From: Prasinococcaceae sp. CCMP 1430
Taxonomy: Eukaryota; Plantae; Prasinodermophyta
Reading direction: 5' to 3'
DNA: 64,000 bases
Assembly (NCBI GenBank): GCA_013416795.1
Contig: RQSC01000014.1
Coordinates: forward strand, 581,699-645,698
Shown: piece by piece, positions 22,199 through 32,744 of the stretch
Position numbering within the stretch: position 1 is the first letter of the stretch
Layout of the letters: each line of letters opens with the position of its first letter
Notes under the pieces: generated by a model
The model's database searches: none
What the model was told of the DNA's origin: nothing
The model's input: only the letters and a program-made list of their open reading frames with translations
Made by a program: the position numbers and the translations under genes

Positions 22199-24708
22199 AT
22201 GGCGGCGACGGCGGTGGTGCGCGCCGCGGCGGTCGCGGCGCTCCTGGTGGCGCTCGTGCCGACCGCCGCCGACGCGAACCGCAGGCACCACAAGAAGAGG
22301 CCCAAGATGCCGCCGACGCTCCCGCCGACCAAGTCGCCGCTCGTGTGGTCCCCGACGAATGCCCCGACGGCCGAGCCAACGGTGCGTCCGCCCGTTGCAC
22401 CGGGGGCGCCGCGCAAAAGCGCCGAAAAAAGAATCGGGTGTGCGAAATGTGCTCGCGCGCGCGCCGGACGGGTCGGTTGTGCGCGCAGCTCTTGTGCGCT
22501 GTGTGGGCCGCCTCTGCCGCTTCGCCCGCTGACACGATTCGCGCTCGGACGCCGGCCGCTCGTGCCATCGCCGTTCGCGCTGCTTACGGCGATGCTCTCA
22601 TCACCGCCACTGGTTTTGCGCGCGCGCGATCCTTTTGGACCAACAATGCATTGCGCATTTCCAAATCGCTCGCTCATTGCGCCCCAAATTTACCCGCGCT
22701 GTGCCCCGCCCTCCCCCCCTCTGCCACGACGCGCCACGCCTGCGTGCTCCGCCTTGCAGTGGGCGACGCTCTCGCCGACGCGCAAGCCCGAGCGGACGCG
22801 CCAGCCCACCGCGTCACCGACAGACTTCACCCCGCTCCCGCCTCTGATCCCCACAGACAGTCCAGTGACGCCCACAGACAGCCCTGTGACGCCCACGGCG
22901 GCTCCGATCCAGATCCTGACCGACAGTCCAGTGTTTCCTACCGACGCACCGACGGGGGAGCCTACTGCGAGTCCGTCGGCCACCCCGACCCGCAAACCCA
23001 CTCCGTCACCGACCGACTCGCCCACAACGGAGCCCACGCCGTCTCCAAGCCGTGCCCCCACGCCTTCGCCCACCGACTTCATCCCGCTGCCGCCGCTGCC
23101 GACGCAGTCGCCGACCAAGTCACCGACTGTCGCTCCGACGCCCAGGCCGACGCCGCGCCCGTTTATCCGCACGTTCCGACCGACAGAAGCGCCCACGCGT
23201 GCGCCGGCCGACCTGCCAATCTCCAGCCTGCCGCCACTCCCGACGCCCAGTTCGACGTTCCCGCCCGAGGTCTGCACGTGCACGTGCTCGCCTACGTCGG
23301 CGCCGACCGAGGTGCGACGCGCGGCCGATCGCGCGCGCCGCTGTCGCCGCCACTCGCCCCCACATTGCTGAGCGCTGACGCACGTTGGGCATATACTGCG
23401 ATCGGTCGACCGGCTCGCCGTGCACGCTTGCCTACTTCGCAGGCCCCGTCTGGAAGCCCCACTGAATCCCCGACGACGACACCCACCAACGTGCTGCCCC
23501 CAGGCGAGAGCTGCAACGGTGGCTGCGGCGTGCAGCGCCCTTCGGGCTGTTGGTGTGACGCGGAGTGCGTCGGCTACAACGACTGCTGTCAAGATGTGTG
23601 CGGCGCGTGCGGCGTGGCGTGTAACCCTCCGCCAACGCCGCAGCCGAGCGCGCCGCCGACCCCGAGCCCGAGCGCTGCTCCGACCGGCGCCCCGACGCCA
23701 TCGCCGACCGCCGCACCGAGTGCAAGCCCCACGAATGCCCCCACCGTGCCCGACGGCTTCCCGAGTGTCGCGCCGACGCTCAGCCCGAGCGACTCGCCGA
23801 GCGATGCGCCGACCCTGAGCCCTACTACCTCTCCGAGCGAGGCGCCCACGCTCAGCCCGAGTGCCACGCCCACCGTGTCGCCAACGAGCGCGCCCACCAA
23901 CGTGCTGCCGCCGGGGGAGAGCTGTAACGGCCATTGCGGCCTCCAGCGCCCGTCGGGATGCTGGTGCGACGAGCAGTGCACTGGCTACGGCGATTGCTGC
24001 CTGGACGTGTGCGGGGTGTGCGGCTTTGCGTGCCCGCCAGAACCCACACCAAGCCCGACCGCAGCGCCGACCGCGAGCCCGACTGCATCGCCTAGCCTCT
24101 CGCCGACCCTCTCGCCGACCGCATTGCCCAGCGATTCGCCGACGTCGCACCCCACGGACAGTCCAACCAAGTCGCCCACCGTGCGGCCGACGGAGTTCCC
24201 TACGGAGGCGCCGACCCTGTCGCCAAGCGACTCACCCACGGACGCGCCAACGATGTCGCCGACACAGCTGCCAACGGACAGCCCGACAAAATCGCCTACC
24301 GTGACCCCCACCGACCTGCCGACCGAGGCGCCGAGCGACTCTCCCACAGACACACCCACGCTCTCGCCGAGCGACTCGCCCACGCTTCAGCCCACGCAGA
24401 GTCCGTCCGACACCCCCACGGAGACACCCACCGATTCTCCGACGCCGCAGCCCAGCCCGAGCCCGACCAAGTCCCCCACCGCGCGGCCGACGGATTTCCC
24501 CACGAGGTTCCCGACCGCGGCTCCCACGCGTTCGCCGACGCCGCAGCCAAGCCCGAGCCCGACCAAGTCTCCGACCGTGCAGCCGACGGAATTCCCCACG
24601 CGGTTCCCAACGGCCAACCCCACGCGTCGCCCGACGCCGCAGCCGACGCGCGCGCTCGGCGAGACGACCTCGCCGACGAAGTCGCCGACGAATCCTGTCA
24701 CCCCTTGA
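22199..24708 (+). CDS. Secreted Pro/Thr/Ser-rich (PTxxPT) mucin/HRGP-like protein with two somatomedin-B-like domains; exons 22199-22381, 22760-23311, 23443-24708
   Basis: Signal peptide MAATAVVRAAAVAALLVALVPTAADA, long PT(x)SPT repeats, two SCxGxCG..CWCDxxCxxYxDCC domains, and canonical GTGCG..CAG introns. Confidence 0.8.
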
Positions 24709-25396
24709 GCGACGGTCGTCTGCAGTCATGATGCTTTCCGCGATGCCTCGGCCATCTTACAATTCCGACACGCCACTGATCAGACACAGTGGCATCTCTA
24801 TCTCTCTCTATCTTCGCCTTCCCTCCCAACACTTCCTCACACGCCCCACACCCTACGCCCGTACTGCTGCCTTCATCATCGTCATACCATCGACGACGAA
24901 CATGCACATCCTGTCAACTGCCTTCAAACATTGCTCTACCATCGCCAACGCTGCACGACCATGACTCACTGAGCACCGAGTCCACTGACGACAAGCGACG
25001 CGCCGCTGTCGGCTGCGACCGACGGACGAGGGATGTAGGCCATCGGCACAGGTGGCCCTCCCCGTCGCCGCGCGGCGCTGCGCGCCATCAATTGCTCGTG
25101 AATCGTTCCTCTTCATTTCTGCGGCTCGGCGGCGCAGGCGCGCGCTGCGGCTGCTCGTTGCCGTTGCCTTTTCGGATGTTGGCGTATGCGGAACGCTCCC
25201 GTGGGTGTGATCAATAGTGCTTGTCTTTGATGGTGTGCCCACAGCGCGGCGACCACGCGCGCACACGCGTGGCGGCGGCGGCGGATGAGGAGCGGCGAGA
25301 GCCAGAGCCGGCGCGGGGCCGAGCAGGGCGCGGCGGGCCCCACACAGCGCGTCTCCTCATCGCGCGACGCGCGCAGCGGCGGCGGAGGGCGCGTGT

Positions 25397-26272
25397 GTGG
25401 GTGTGGCGGCGACGGCCCCGGTGGCGACGACGGGAGCGTCCACGCGCGTCGGGTGGGCTCGGTGGGGGTTCTCTCCTCGCGCATTCTGCTCCGCAGGGGG
25501 TGCCCCAGGCGGTTCGGACGGCGGCGACGCGCACAGTGGCGGCGAGGCGCCCGACTCGGAGCGCGGCAGCGACGCCGCCGAACAGGTGCTCGCGCTCGCG
25601 CTCCAAAAGGTGCCTGAGATGGGGTGGAGCGACGCCGCGCTCGTCGCCGCCGCGGAGGAGCTCGGGCTGAGCGGTGCGGCGGCCGCCGCGACGGCGCCCC
25701 GCGGCGGCCTCGACCTGGTCGAGGCCTTCGTCTCGCGCTGCGACGAAGAATTCGAGGCACGCCTCGCGTCGCCGGAGATGCTCGAGGAGCTCGCGCCGCT
25801 CGGTGTGCAGCAACGGCTCGCGCTGCTCGTGCGTGCGCGGCTCGAGATGCTTGGGCCCGTACTTCGCCACTGGCCCCAGGCGCTGGCGCTCCGTGCCGAC
25901 CCTCGTTCGGCACCTGCGGCCGTGGCTGCCGTGGCGCGCTCGGTGAACGCCATGTGGATCGCCGCGGGCGACACGAGCACCGACCTCAACTGGTACTCGA
26001 AGCGTGCGGTGCTCGCGGCTGTGTACGGCTCTGCCGAACTCTACATGCTCACGGACACCAGCGAGGGCCACGCGGACACGTGGGCTTTCGTCCAGCGGCG
26101 CCTTGATGACGCGGTGAGCGCCGGTCGGACGCTCTCGGAGGGGCTGCGCGCGGCGGGGCTCGGCGGGACCGCGCAGCAGCCATCGGACAGCTCGGGCGCG
26201 GCCAATGCGCACGCCGCCGCGACTGACGGAGGCGCCGACGGCACCAGCGACGACGACGCGAAGCGCCAGTAG
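25397..26272 (+). CDS. COQ9: Ubiquinone biosynthesis protein COQ9; in-frame ATG not evident
   Basis: ALQKVPEMGWS, HWPQALAL, WIAAGDTSTDLNWYSKRAVLAAVYGSAELYMLTD..DTWAFVQRRL. Confidence 0.9.
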   Translation: MGVAATAPVATTGASTRVGWARWGFSPRAFCSAGGAPGGSDGGDAHSGGEAPDSERGSDAAEQVLALALQKVPEMGWSDAALVAAAEELGLSGAAAAATAPRGGLDLVEAFVSRCDEEFEARLASPEMLEELAPLGVQQRLALLVRARLEMLGPVLRHWPQALALRADPRSAPAAVAAVARSVNAMWIAAGDTSTDLNWYSKRAVLAAVYGSAELYMLTDTSEGHADTWAFVQRRLDDAVSAGRTLSEGLRAAGLGGTAQQPSDSSGAANAHAAATDGGADGTSDDDAKRQ

Positions 26273-26426
26273 CGGCAAGGGCGGCGCGCGGCCTAGCTCT
26301 AGGTTCTGCTGCGGGGCCCACCAAAGCTCTCTGTGTACAACTCATTCATTTCCTACGCGCGCGCGCGTCGTCAGGAGCGCGCTGCGTCCAACGCGCACGG
26401 AGGTCGCGCAACGCGCGCGCGCCGCG

Positions 26427-26841
26427 CTACAGCAGCTTGCTGAGCTCGCCCCCGGCAGCGGAGAAGTCGTGCCACAACTTGAGCGTCGTGAGGAGGGGAA
26501 CAAGCGCAACAGCGGCAACAACCGCCCAGCCGCGCCACCCCGAACGCTCGAAGGGCTGCCACCGCCCCTGCGCGTCGAGGACACGCAACCTCCCCCCGGA
26601 CAGATCCTGGAGCCATTCGAAGGTCTGCTCTATGTCGGCAATCTGCTTCTCCTTGGTCTCGACCAGCTCGATGCGCTCGCGCAGCGACGCCATGTCGCTG
26701 TCCGAGAGCCCCGCGCTGTCTCTCGCGTCGCCTGCCTCCCCGTCGCCCCGCCCGTTGCCGCCGCTCCCGCCGCTGGTGGCGGCGGCGCGCACCGCCTGCG
26801 CGGGCGGGCGCGGCGGGGGCGCGCCCTGCCGACGCGGCCAT
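26427..26841 (-). CDS. Small hypothetical protein (Ala/Arg-rich transit-like N-terminus, coiled coil, C-terminal TM); possible 5' frameshift
   Basis: Protein-like DMASLRERIELVETKEK...WAVVAAVALVPLL. The upstream ATG at 26841 is in a different frame. Confidence 0.45.
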
Positions 26842-27197
26842 GGCGCGCGGCCTGGGACCGCACAGTGCACGCCCGTGCGCGCGCGCAGACAGAGCTGTGG
26901 CACCCGCCTGCCGCGTGCTCGGCAGCGGCAGCAGATGCTGCTGCTGCTGCGGAAGTCGGAAGCGCACGCCGCGCGCAGAGACTGCAATTGAGTAAATGCT
27001 GCATGACAAACGTCCCGCATTGCTTGTGTGCGTGCGCACGCTGCGACGTGCCCAGCGTGTCTGTTACTGCCGCCAGCTTGTCTTCCGGCCGCGCTCGCTC
27101 GGCGCCCGGCAAGTGAGCCGCGTGTACAGGCAGGCCGCTGCACGCCGGCTGCACGCTCGCAAGGGGGAAGGGGGGGCGGTGGGGGTGGGGTGGGAGG

Positions 27198-30110
27198 TCA
27201 GAGGGTCTCCCACAGGTCGCGCCCCTCCCTAGCCCAGTCACCACCTCCGATCGTGTAGCGAAAGCCTGGTGACAGTGTGTATCCGTTGTGGTACCAAGTG
27301 GACGTATCGGGCGTGCCGATGTAGCCGCGCAGGCGGTTGACGAACGACGAGAACGTCGACAGACGCGTCCCGATGAACAACCGCCCTGACGCCATGATGA
27401 CCTGCTCGATAGGGCCGAGCAGGTTCGCCGGCACGTGCACGTCCGCCAGGACGTTTCCGCCGCGCGGCCCGAGGAAGTCGCTGAAGCGGTAGACGCAGTA
27501 GCGTCGGCGGAAAGGCTGGAAGAAGCCCGGCTCGGTCTCGTCGCTGGCGATGTAGAGCGTCTCGTTGGGTCGCAGCAGGTGCGCGGTGTTCTCCACTGAG
27601 GCCTCCGCGCCGACGAACGCGCTCTTATACTGGAGCTCGTTGCGGCGGATGTGCATCGAGCTGTACTCAAACAGGCCGAGGTACGACACCACTCGCGAGG
27701 CGATCTCGTACACGAGCGCGGGGAAGTGCACGGAGCGCAGCAGGCGGTGGAACTCGACCGTGCCGGCGTCGGTCTGAAACCAGAACGCCTTGGCGACCTG
27801 GCCGAACTGGCGATACCCGACCCCGTCTGCCGCAAGTTTCTTCCTTCTGTCGGGGAAGTACAACACCTCGCGCGTGTGGTTGTCGCGCGTGTATTCTCCG
27901 AGCTCACGACCGTCGCGATCCCAGATGGTCGGGGTGTCGGGCGTCGGCAGCCGCGGCATTTTCTCGGCCATCTTGACATCGGTCGCGCCGTCGTACCACT
28001 CCCTCTTGCACGCCGGGACGCAGATAATGCCACGTTGCGGGGACCACGAGGCGGGCGTCAAGTGGTTGAAGCCCCAGTCGCGGAATTCCTGGCGCCTCGG
28101 GTCGTCATGGGCTTCGGTGAAGCTCGCGCCGAAGTCGCGCATGATGTAGTCGGGCATTTGCAGGGACTCACCCTCGCGCCGCACGAATTCGGTGAAGTTG
28201 AGGATGGTCGTGCCGTACTTGGCGAAGGTCTCGTTCAGGAAGTCGACGTCGAAAAACTCCGAGAAGTGCGACACGCCGCCCTCGTGGCCAGCGCCGACCT
28301 TCACCCGCCCGAAGTTGATTAGGTACCACCCCGACGGGGGAGGCAGCACGAGGATGCGTCCGGTGATGACAGCGAAGGACACCACCCACTCAAACGCCAT
28401 GCGAATGTTGTTGAGGCCGCCCTGGTCATGGTCGAAGAAGACGTACTTGGGCTTGCTCGCCTCCTCGGGGGACACGCCCAGCGCCTTTTCCACTGCGGCC
28501 TTGCCCATGGTGCCGGGCGGAGGGGTCCAGTCTTGGTCCCAGTACGAGAGGCATTTCTGGATCGCCGCGGCGCGTTCGAGGTCAGGTTTGGCGTCCGGGT
28601 CCTCCGCGCGGCACGTGGGCGCAGCGACGGCGCTCTCGGCCATTCGGGTCCTCGTCTCCTCCTCGGCCTCACGCATGTGCGCGAGGGCGTCGGCGCCGTA
28701 ACACCCAGTCTGACCAGCGCGCCTGATCGCAGCCTTGAGCTCGGACTTGTACTTGAAGAAGCACTCGTTGGGCCTTTGGCCTTCGAGCGGGGGCTCGGGC
28801 CCGACCGGCTCCCAGCACTGAGCGTTTGGCTCCCACATCCAGCCTCTGGCCCACGGCTCGGTGGCGCTGTACACACACCAGCTGCCGCATCTGCGGTGTT
28901 CCATGATCTGCGACGCAAAGGCGGTCGCGATCTCGATGGAGTACTCGGAGCTGCCACCGCACGTGCGCGCCACCATGCCGTCGGGAGCTCGCGAGGGACG
29001 GCGGCTCGCGGGGCACACCCTCTCGTAGACGTCGGCGAACCTTTCCTTGCGTGGGAAGTACGCGGCGCGAGTCACCATGTTCAGCTGCTGCACCATTGCA
29101 GTCGACGTGTCGTTGCCGCCCGTCACGAGGGCGCGCGGCTTGCACGCCTCGTGCGAGGGAAGCTCCAACAGCGCCCGCCTGCCCGCCCGCGGCCTGCGCG
29201 CGTCGCCCGCGGCTGCCTCGTGCTCCGGGCGCGCGGGGTTCGATTCCCGTCCGAGCTCGGGCATGCGAGCCTTGCGCGCGCGTTCCTTCTCGGAGAGCGC
29301 CGCGTCGCCGCCGGGCGGGCGTAGCGCCCGCTCCATCGCCTCGGGGTAGAGCGAGCACGCCTCGGCCGGGCTCTTCAATTTGATGACGTCCACGTGCCCC
29401 CACCCCCTGGTGCGCGGCTGTGGCAGCGCGAAGCAGCGCTCGTGGTCGTCGCGGTTCTCAATTTCGACGACGTCACCCCAGCGCGCGAGGAAGCCGTGGT
29501 TGCGGCTGTAGTCGCGCGTGCTGGTGCACGCGTTGGTGAGGCGGATCTTCGTGTGCGGCGGGATGCTGGCCGCGCGTACGTTGCCGTAGGCGCACCATTG
29601 CTCGGCCGCGTCGCCGTCGATCTCCGCGGTGGCATTCTCGCCGCAGGCCGGACCCTGGCCGCTCTCCTGCCCGATGGCGTCAAGGTCGGCGCCGTGGAAG
29701 AAGGCGTCGCACAAATCTTGGGAGCGATTCACCCGCACGAAGCGGCCCGGCTGAGTGGCGTGGTCGGCACCAGCGCCGTCTCGGACTCGGGCCGAGCACT
29801 GGGGGCGGTTGAAGAGCGCCACCACCGTGGAACCGCTGGAGCCGACTGGCTTCTGGTCGCCCGTGCGCCTCGCGTCGACTGAGGCGGGCGGCGCGTGCAT
29901 CGAGGCCCCATTGTCTTGCCCCCGCCGCTCCGCCAGCGCGGCGGACAGGGCGTCTCGATACTTCCCGGCCGAGCCCACCTCTGCGCCGTGCCCGCGCCGC
30001 GCGCCGCCCAGGACGAACACGAGCAGCGCCAGTGCCGCCGCGCAGGCGGCGGCGAGCGCGCACCACGCGCGGGCCTCGCGAGCGCGCGCGCGCGGCGCGC
30101 GCACTGCCAC
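27198..30110 (-). CDS. GDP-fucose protein O-fucosyltransferase-family (O-FucT/POFUT2-like) type II membrane glycosyltransferase
   Basis: N-terminal TM; DQGGLNNIRMAFE...GRILVLPP, SMHIRRNELQY, LYIASDE, IEQVIM...FIGTRLSTFS. The ORF starts at GTG and the true start is unresolved. Confidence 0.8.
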   Translation of the reverse strand: MAVRAPRARAREARAWCALAAACAAALALLVFVLGGARRGHGAEVGSAGKYRDALSAALAERRGQDNGASMHAPPASVDARRTGDQKPVGSSGSTVVALFNRPQCSARVRDGAGADHATQPGRFVRVNRSQDLCDAFFHGADLDAIGQESGQGPACGENATAEIDGDAAEQWCAYGNVRAASIPPHTKIRLTNACTSTRDYSRNHGFLARWGDVVEIENRDDHERCFALPQPRTRGWGHVDVIKLKSPAEACSLYPEAMERALRPPGGDAALSEKERARKARMPELGRESNPARPEHEAAAGDARRPRAGRRALLELPSHEACKPRALVTGGNDTSTAMVQQLNMVTRAAYFPRKERFADVYERVCPASRRPSRAPDGMVARTCGGSSEYSIEIATAFASQIMEHRRCGSWCVYSATEPWARGWMWEPNAQCWEPVGPEPPLEGQRPNECFFKYKSELKAAIRRAGQTGCYGADALAHMREAEEETRTRMAESAVAAPTCRAEDPDAKPDLERAAAIQKCLSYWDQDWTPPPGTMGKAAVEKALGVSPEEASKPKYVFFDHDQGGLNNIRMAFEWVVSFAVITGRILVLPPPSGWYLINFGRVKVGAGHEGGVSHFSEFFDVDFLNETFAKYGTTILNFTEFVRREGESLQMPDYIMRDFGASFTEAHDDPRRQEFRDWGFNHLTPASWSPQRGIICVPACKREWYDGATDVKMAEKMPRLPTPDTPTIWDRDGRELGEYTRDNHTREVLYFPDRRKKLAADGVGYRQFGQVAKAFWFQTDAGTVEFHRLLRSVHFPALVYEIASRVVSYLGLFEYSSMHIRRNELQYKSAFVGAEASVENTAHLLRPNETLYIASDETEPGFFQPFRRRYCVYRFSDFLGPRGGNVLADVHVPANLLGPIEQVIMASGRLFIGTRLSTFSSFVNRLRGYIGTPDTSTWYHNGYTLSPGFRYTIGGGDWAREGRDLWETL

Positions 30111-30478
30111 CGCGCCCGCGCCCGCGCCTGCGAGGGCGAAAATTTGGCACTATTGTTTTGCTCTGTTTTGCTCGGCTGTGGCTGTGACACATTGTTGCCT
30201 TTGGCCTTTGGCCCTTTGCGGTGATGATCAGACGTCTGCAGACATGCGTTTGGAGTCGCCCGTGGGTAAACAATGTATCATTTCGTCATTTCGCTTCATG
30301 TTTTACGTTCGTTCGTTCGCGTCCATCCGACGGACGGCGAGGCGACGGGCTCGGCGGCGGCTCGGAGGAGGGCTGTTTTTTGGTGGCGGGCTCGGCGGCG
30401 GGGCAGCGCTTTGTGGGGGGCTGCCGTGGCGGCCTTGCGTGACCTGCCACGCGGGCTTTCTGGCTTCTAGCTAGCCTT

Positions 30479-31881
30479 CTACAGGCACGGGTTGGCGCCT
30501 ACTGCTTCTACGCTGAGCAGGATGTCGATCGTGGTGCCGTTCGTGATGAGCTCGAATACCTGCCGGGCGGCCGCGGTCAGGCCGAGGTCGACGTTGCGGA
30601 GGGTCACCTCGGTGGGGACGAGGATTTTCTCGGTCATGCCGAGGACGAGGTGGGACTGCGGCGCGGCTGCGGCGCCTCCTGTGAGTGCCACGACCACTTC
30701 GTTGAGGGTGCCCTCTGCGATGCGTGGGTGAGCGAAGGAGCGAGCGTACGCGTGTCGCATACGCCAGCCAATGCGCGGTAAGCAAGTGGATGGCCCTACC
30801 AGTGTCCCGCAAGGCATCGCAGCGAGCATCGCGCGCGGGTGTGTGCTGTGCACGCTCGCTTTCGCTCTTCGTCGGGGCGCAACGCACCACCGCCATCGAA
30901 GCTGTTGCCCACGGTGTCCGGGAGCGGCACCGCCGCGTCGAACACGAGCCCGAGCTGCTCGGCATCGTTGGAGAGGCGCATGACGCCGTCAGTGGCCCAC
31001 CCGCGCACCTCGCCCAGAGGATAGTACGTAGGCACAAGCGCCGACTCATTCGTGCTGCTAAAAGCCGACCAATTGCCGGCGGCCGCAACCTGTGCCTGGA
31101 ACGCGGCGGCAGCCTCCAGCTGCTCGTCGGAGCCGGCAGGCGGCGCATCGGTGAAGGTGTTTGCGACGGAGCGCGTGCCGATGATCGTGTCGATCACATG
31201 CATGCGGGCCGCGAGGACTTTCAGTGCCGGCGACAAAACCGCAAGAACGTCCGCCGACCAGCCGTCGTACTCCTCACAAGGAGAATCAGGCGCGTCGCAG
31301 GGCGGAACGAAGGCGAAGCTCTGTACCCCGGGGCCGTCCGGCACGTCAAATGCAACGCGCGGGAGGCAGACGCGAGAGGACACGGCATCGGTATCCACGC
31401 GCGCGTGCGGAAGCGCGCGCGCGCGTCAGCGCTCACGTGAGTGCGCACCCCCCTTACACCACCCATAGCAGCGCCCTGACAACAGCCAATTGCACGCACC
31501 ATGTTTGCGTCGATGAGCCTCACGCCGTCCACAGCGCCGACGCTGGTGTTGGCACAGCGCACGTCCGCGGTGAGGCTGCCACCGAGAGGAACGCTCTCCT
31601 CACTCCGGTTGCCGAGCTCGATGGTGTCGCCGGTGACCTCCACCCGCGCCCGCGCGAGGCTGTCCAACTCGAACAGGACGCGGGCGCCTCCGTCCGTCAC
31701 CGGCGGCGGTGCGCTTGCATCGCCGCCGTTTGGGACGAGAGCCGGCGCCTCCGTGGCAGATTCCTCTCCACCGCCGCCACCATCGTGATCGCTGGTCGCG
31801 CGCAGGACCAGCAGCGCGGCCAGTGCCGCGGCGAGGAACGCCGGCGGCCTTTCGTGCCCGCAAACGACTTGATCTTGCCAT
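30479..31881 (-). CDS. Hypothetical signal/anchor-bearing protein; introns 31321-31499 and 30715-30887
   Basis: Hydrophobic LAAALAALLVL segment. GTGCGT donors and CAG acceptors join three protein-like segments in frame. The start ATG appears frameshifted. Confidence 0.5.
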
Positions 31882-32744
31882 CGTTCGTTATGGGGGCGCG
31901 GCGCCGCTGGGTCGGGAACTGGGCGCCCCGCGCGCCGGGGAGGGGGTGTGGCGGCACGCGCTGCCAATGCGCGGCGCCCACCGCCGCGCAGAGCAGCCCT
32001 GGCTGGCTGGCGCACCTCCGCCGTGCTGCTCCTGCCTGGCGTGGGTCCGACGATCGATGTGCCACATTGTGATGGGAGGGAAAACGCTGCGAATTCCCAA
32101 GAGAGCGTTTGAGTGCCACGTAGGCATCGCGACAGCGCACGGGCGCTGGAGGCGTGAGGTAGCCTCACGCCCGCAGCCGCGCCAGCCACAGCTTGCGCGT
32201 GTGTAGGAGAGGCCCAGAGAGCTGCGCAGCTGTCGGATGGGCACAGGGGGGCGGCGGGCAAGCTCCACGGAGCAGGCGTACGCATGGTGCGTGTCAGTGC
32301 GTATCTGGGCGAATCTAGGAAAATTCCGAATGGATAGCGGTTTGCCGCGTTGCTCCCGAATCCGGACTTTTCGAGTGCGGGCGCAAACTTTGTGGGACTG
32401 CGGCGTGTCCTGCGCCAGTGCTAGCCAGCGCGTTTTGAGTACACGTGTCACGCGGCTTCATACGTGGGACCGTGGCGGTCACAGCCAGACCACGCGTCTA
32501 ACAGCTGACGCGTCTGTACCGCACGCTGCGGCCGTCCGCATTGAACACACCCACACAACGCCGGCGTGGCACCGGGTACGGGCACGTGCGGGTGCTCGTG
32601 GGCGTGCGTGGGTTGAGGGAGCGCTCGACGCGCCACAGTCGCACCTACAGGCGGCACGTGCTCACCAGCAAGAGGTATCACACCATCACATCGTCGCCTG
32701 CTGCGGCCTGCAGGCGCTGGCATCAATTGCACGCGTCCGAAAGG

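Noticed and set aside
5452-22759. Stop-free in-frame introns (5452-5568, 22382-22759) as functional exitrons
   Set aside because: Stop codons are rare at this GC content, and the retained peptides look non-homologous.
24728-25217. Short ORFs after the PT protein
   Set aside because: No motifs and atypical codon use; probably UTR or intergenic.
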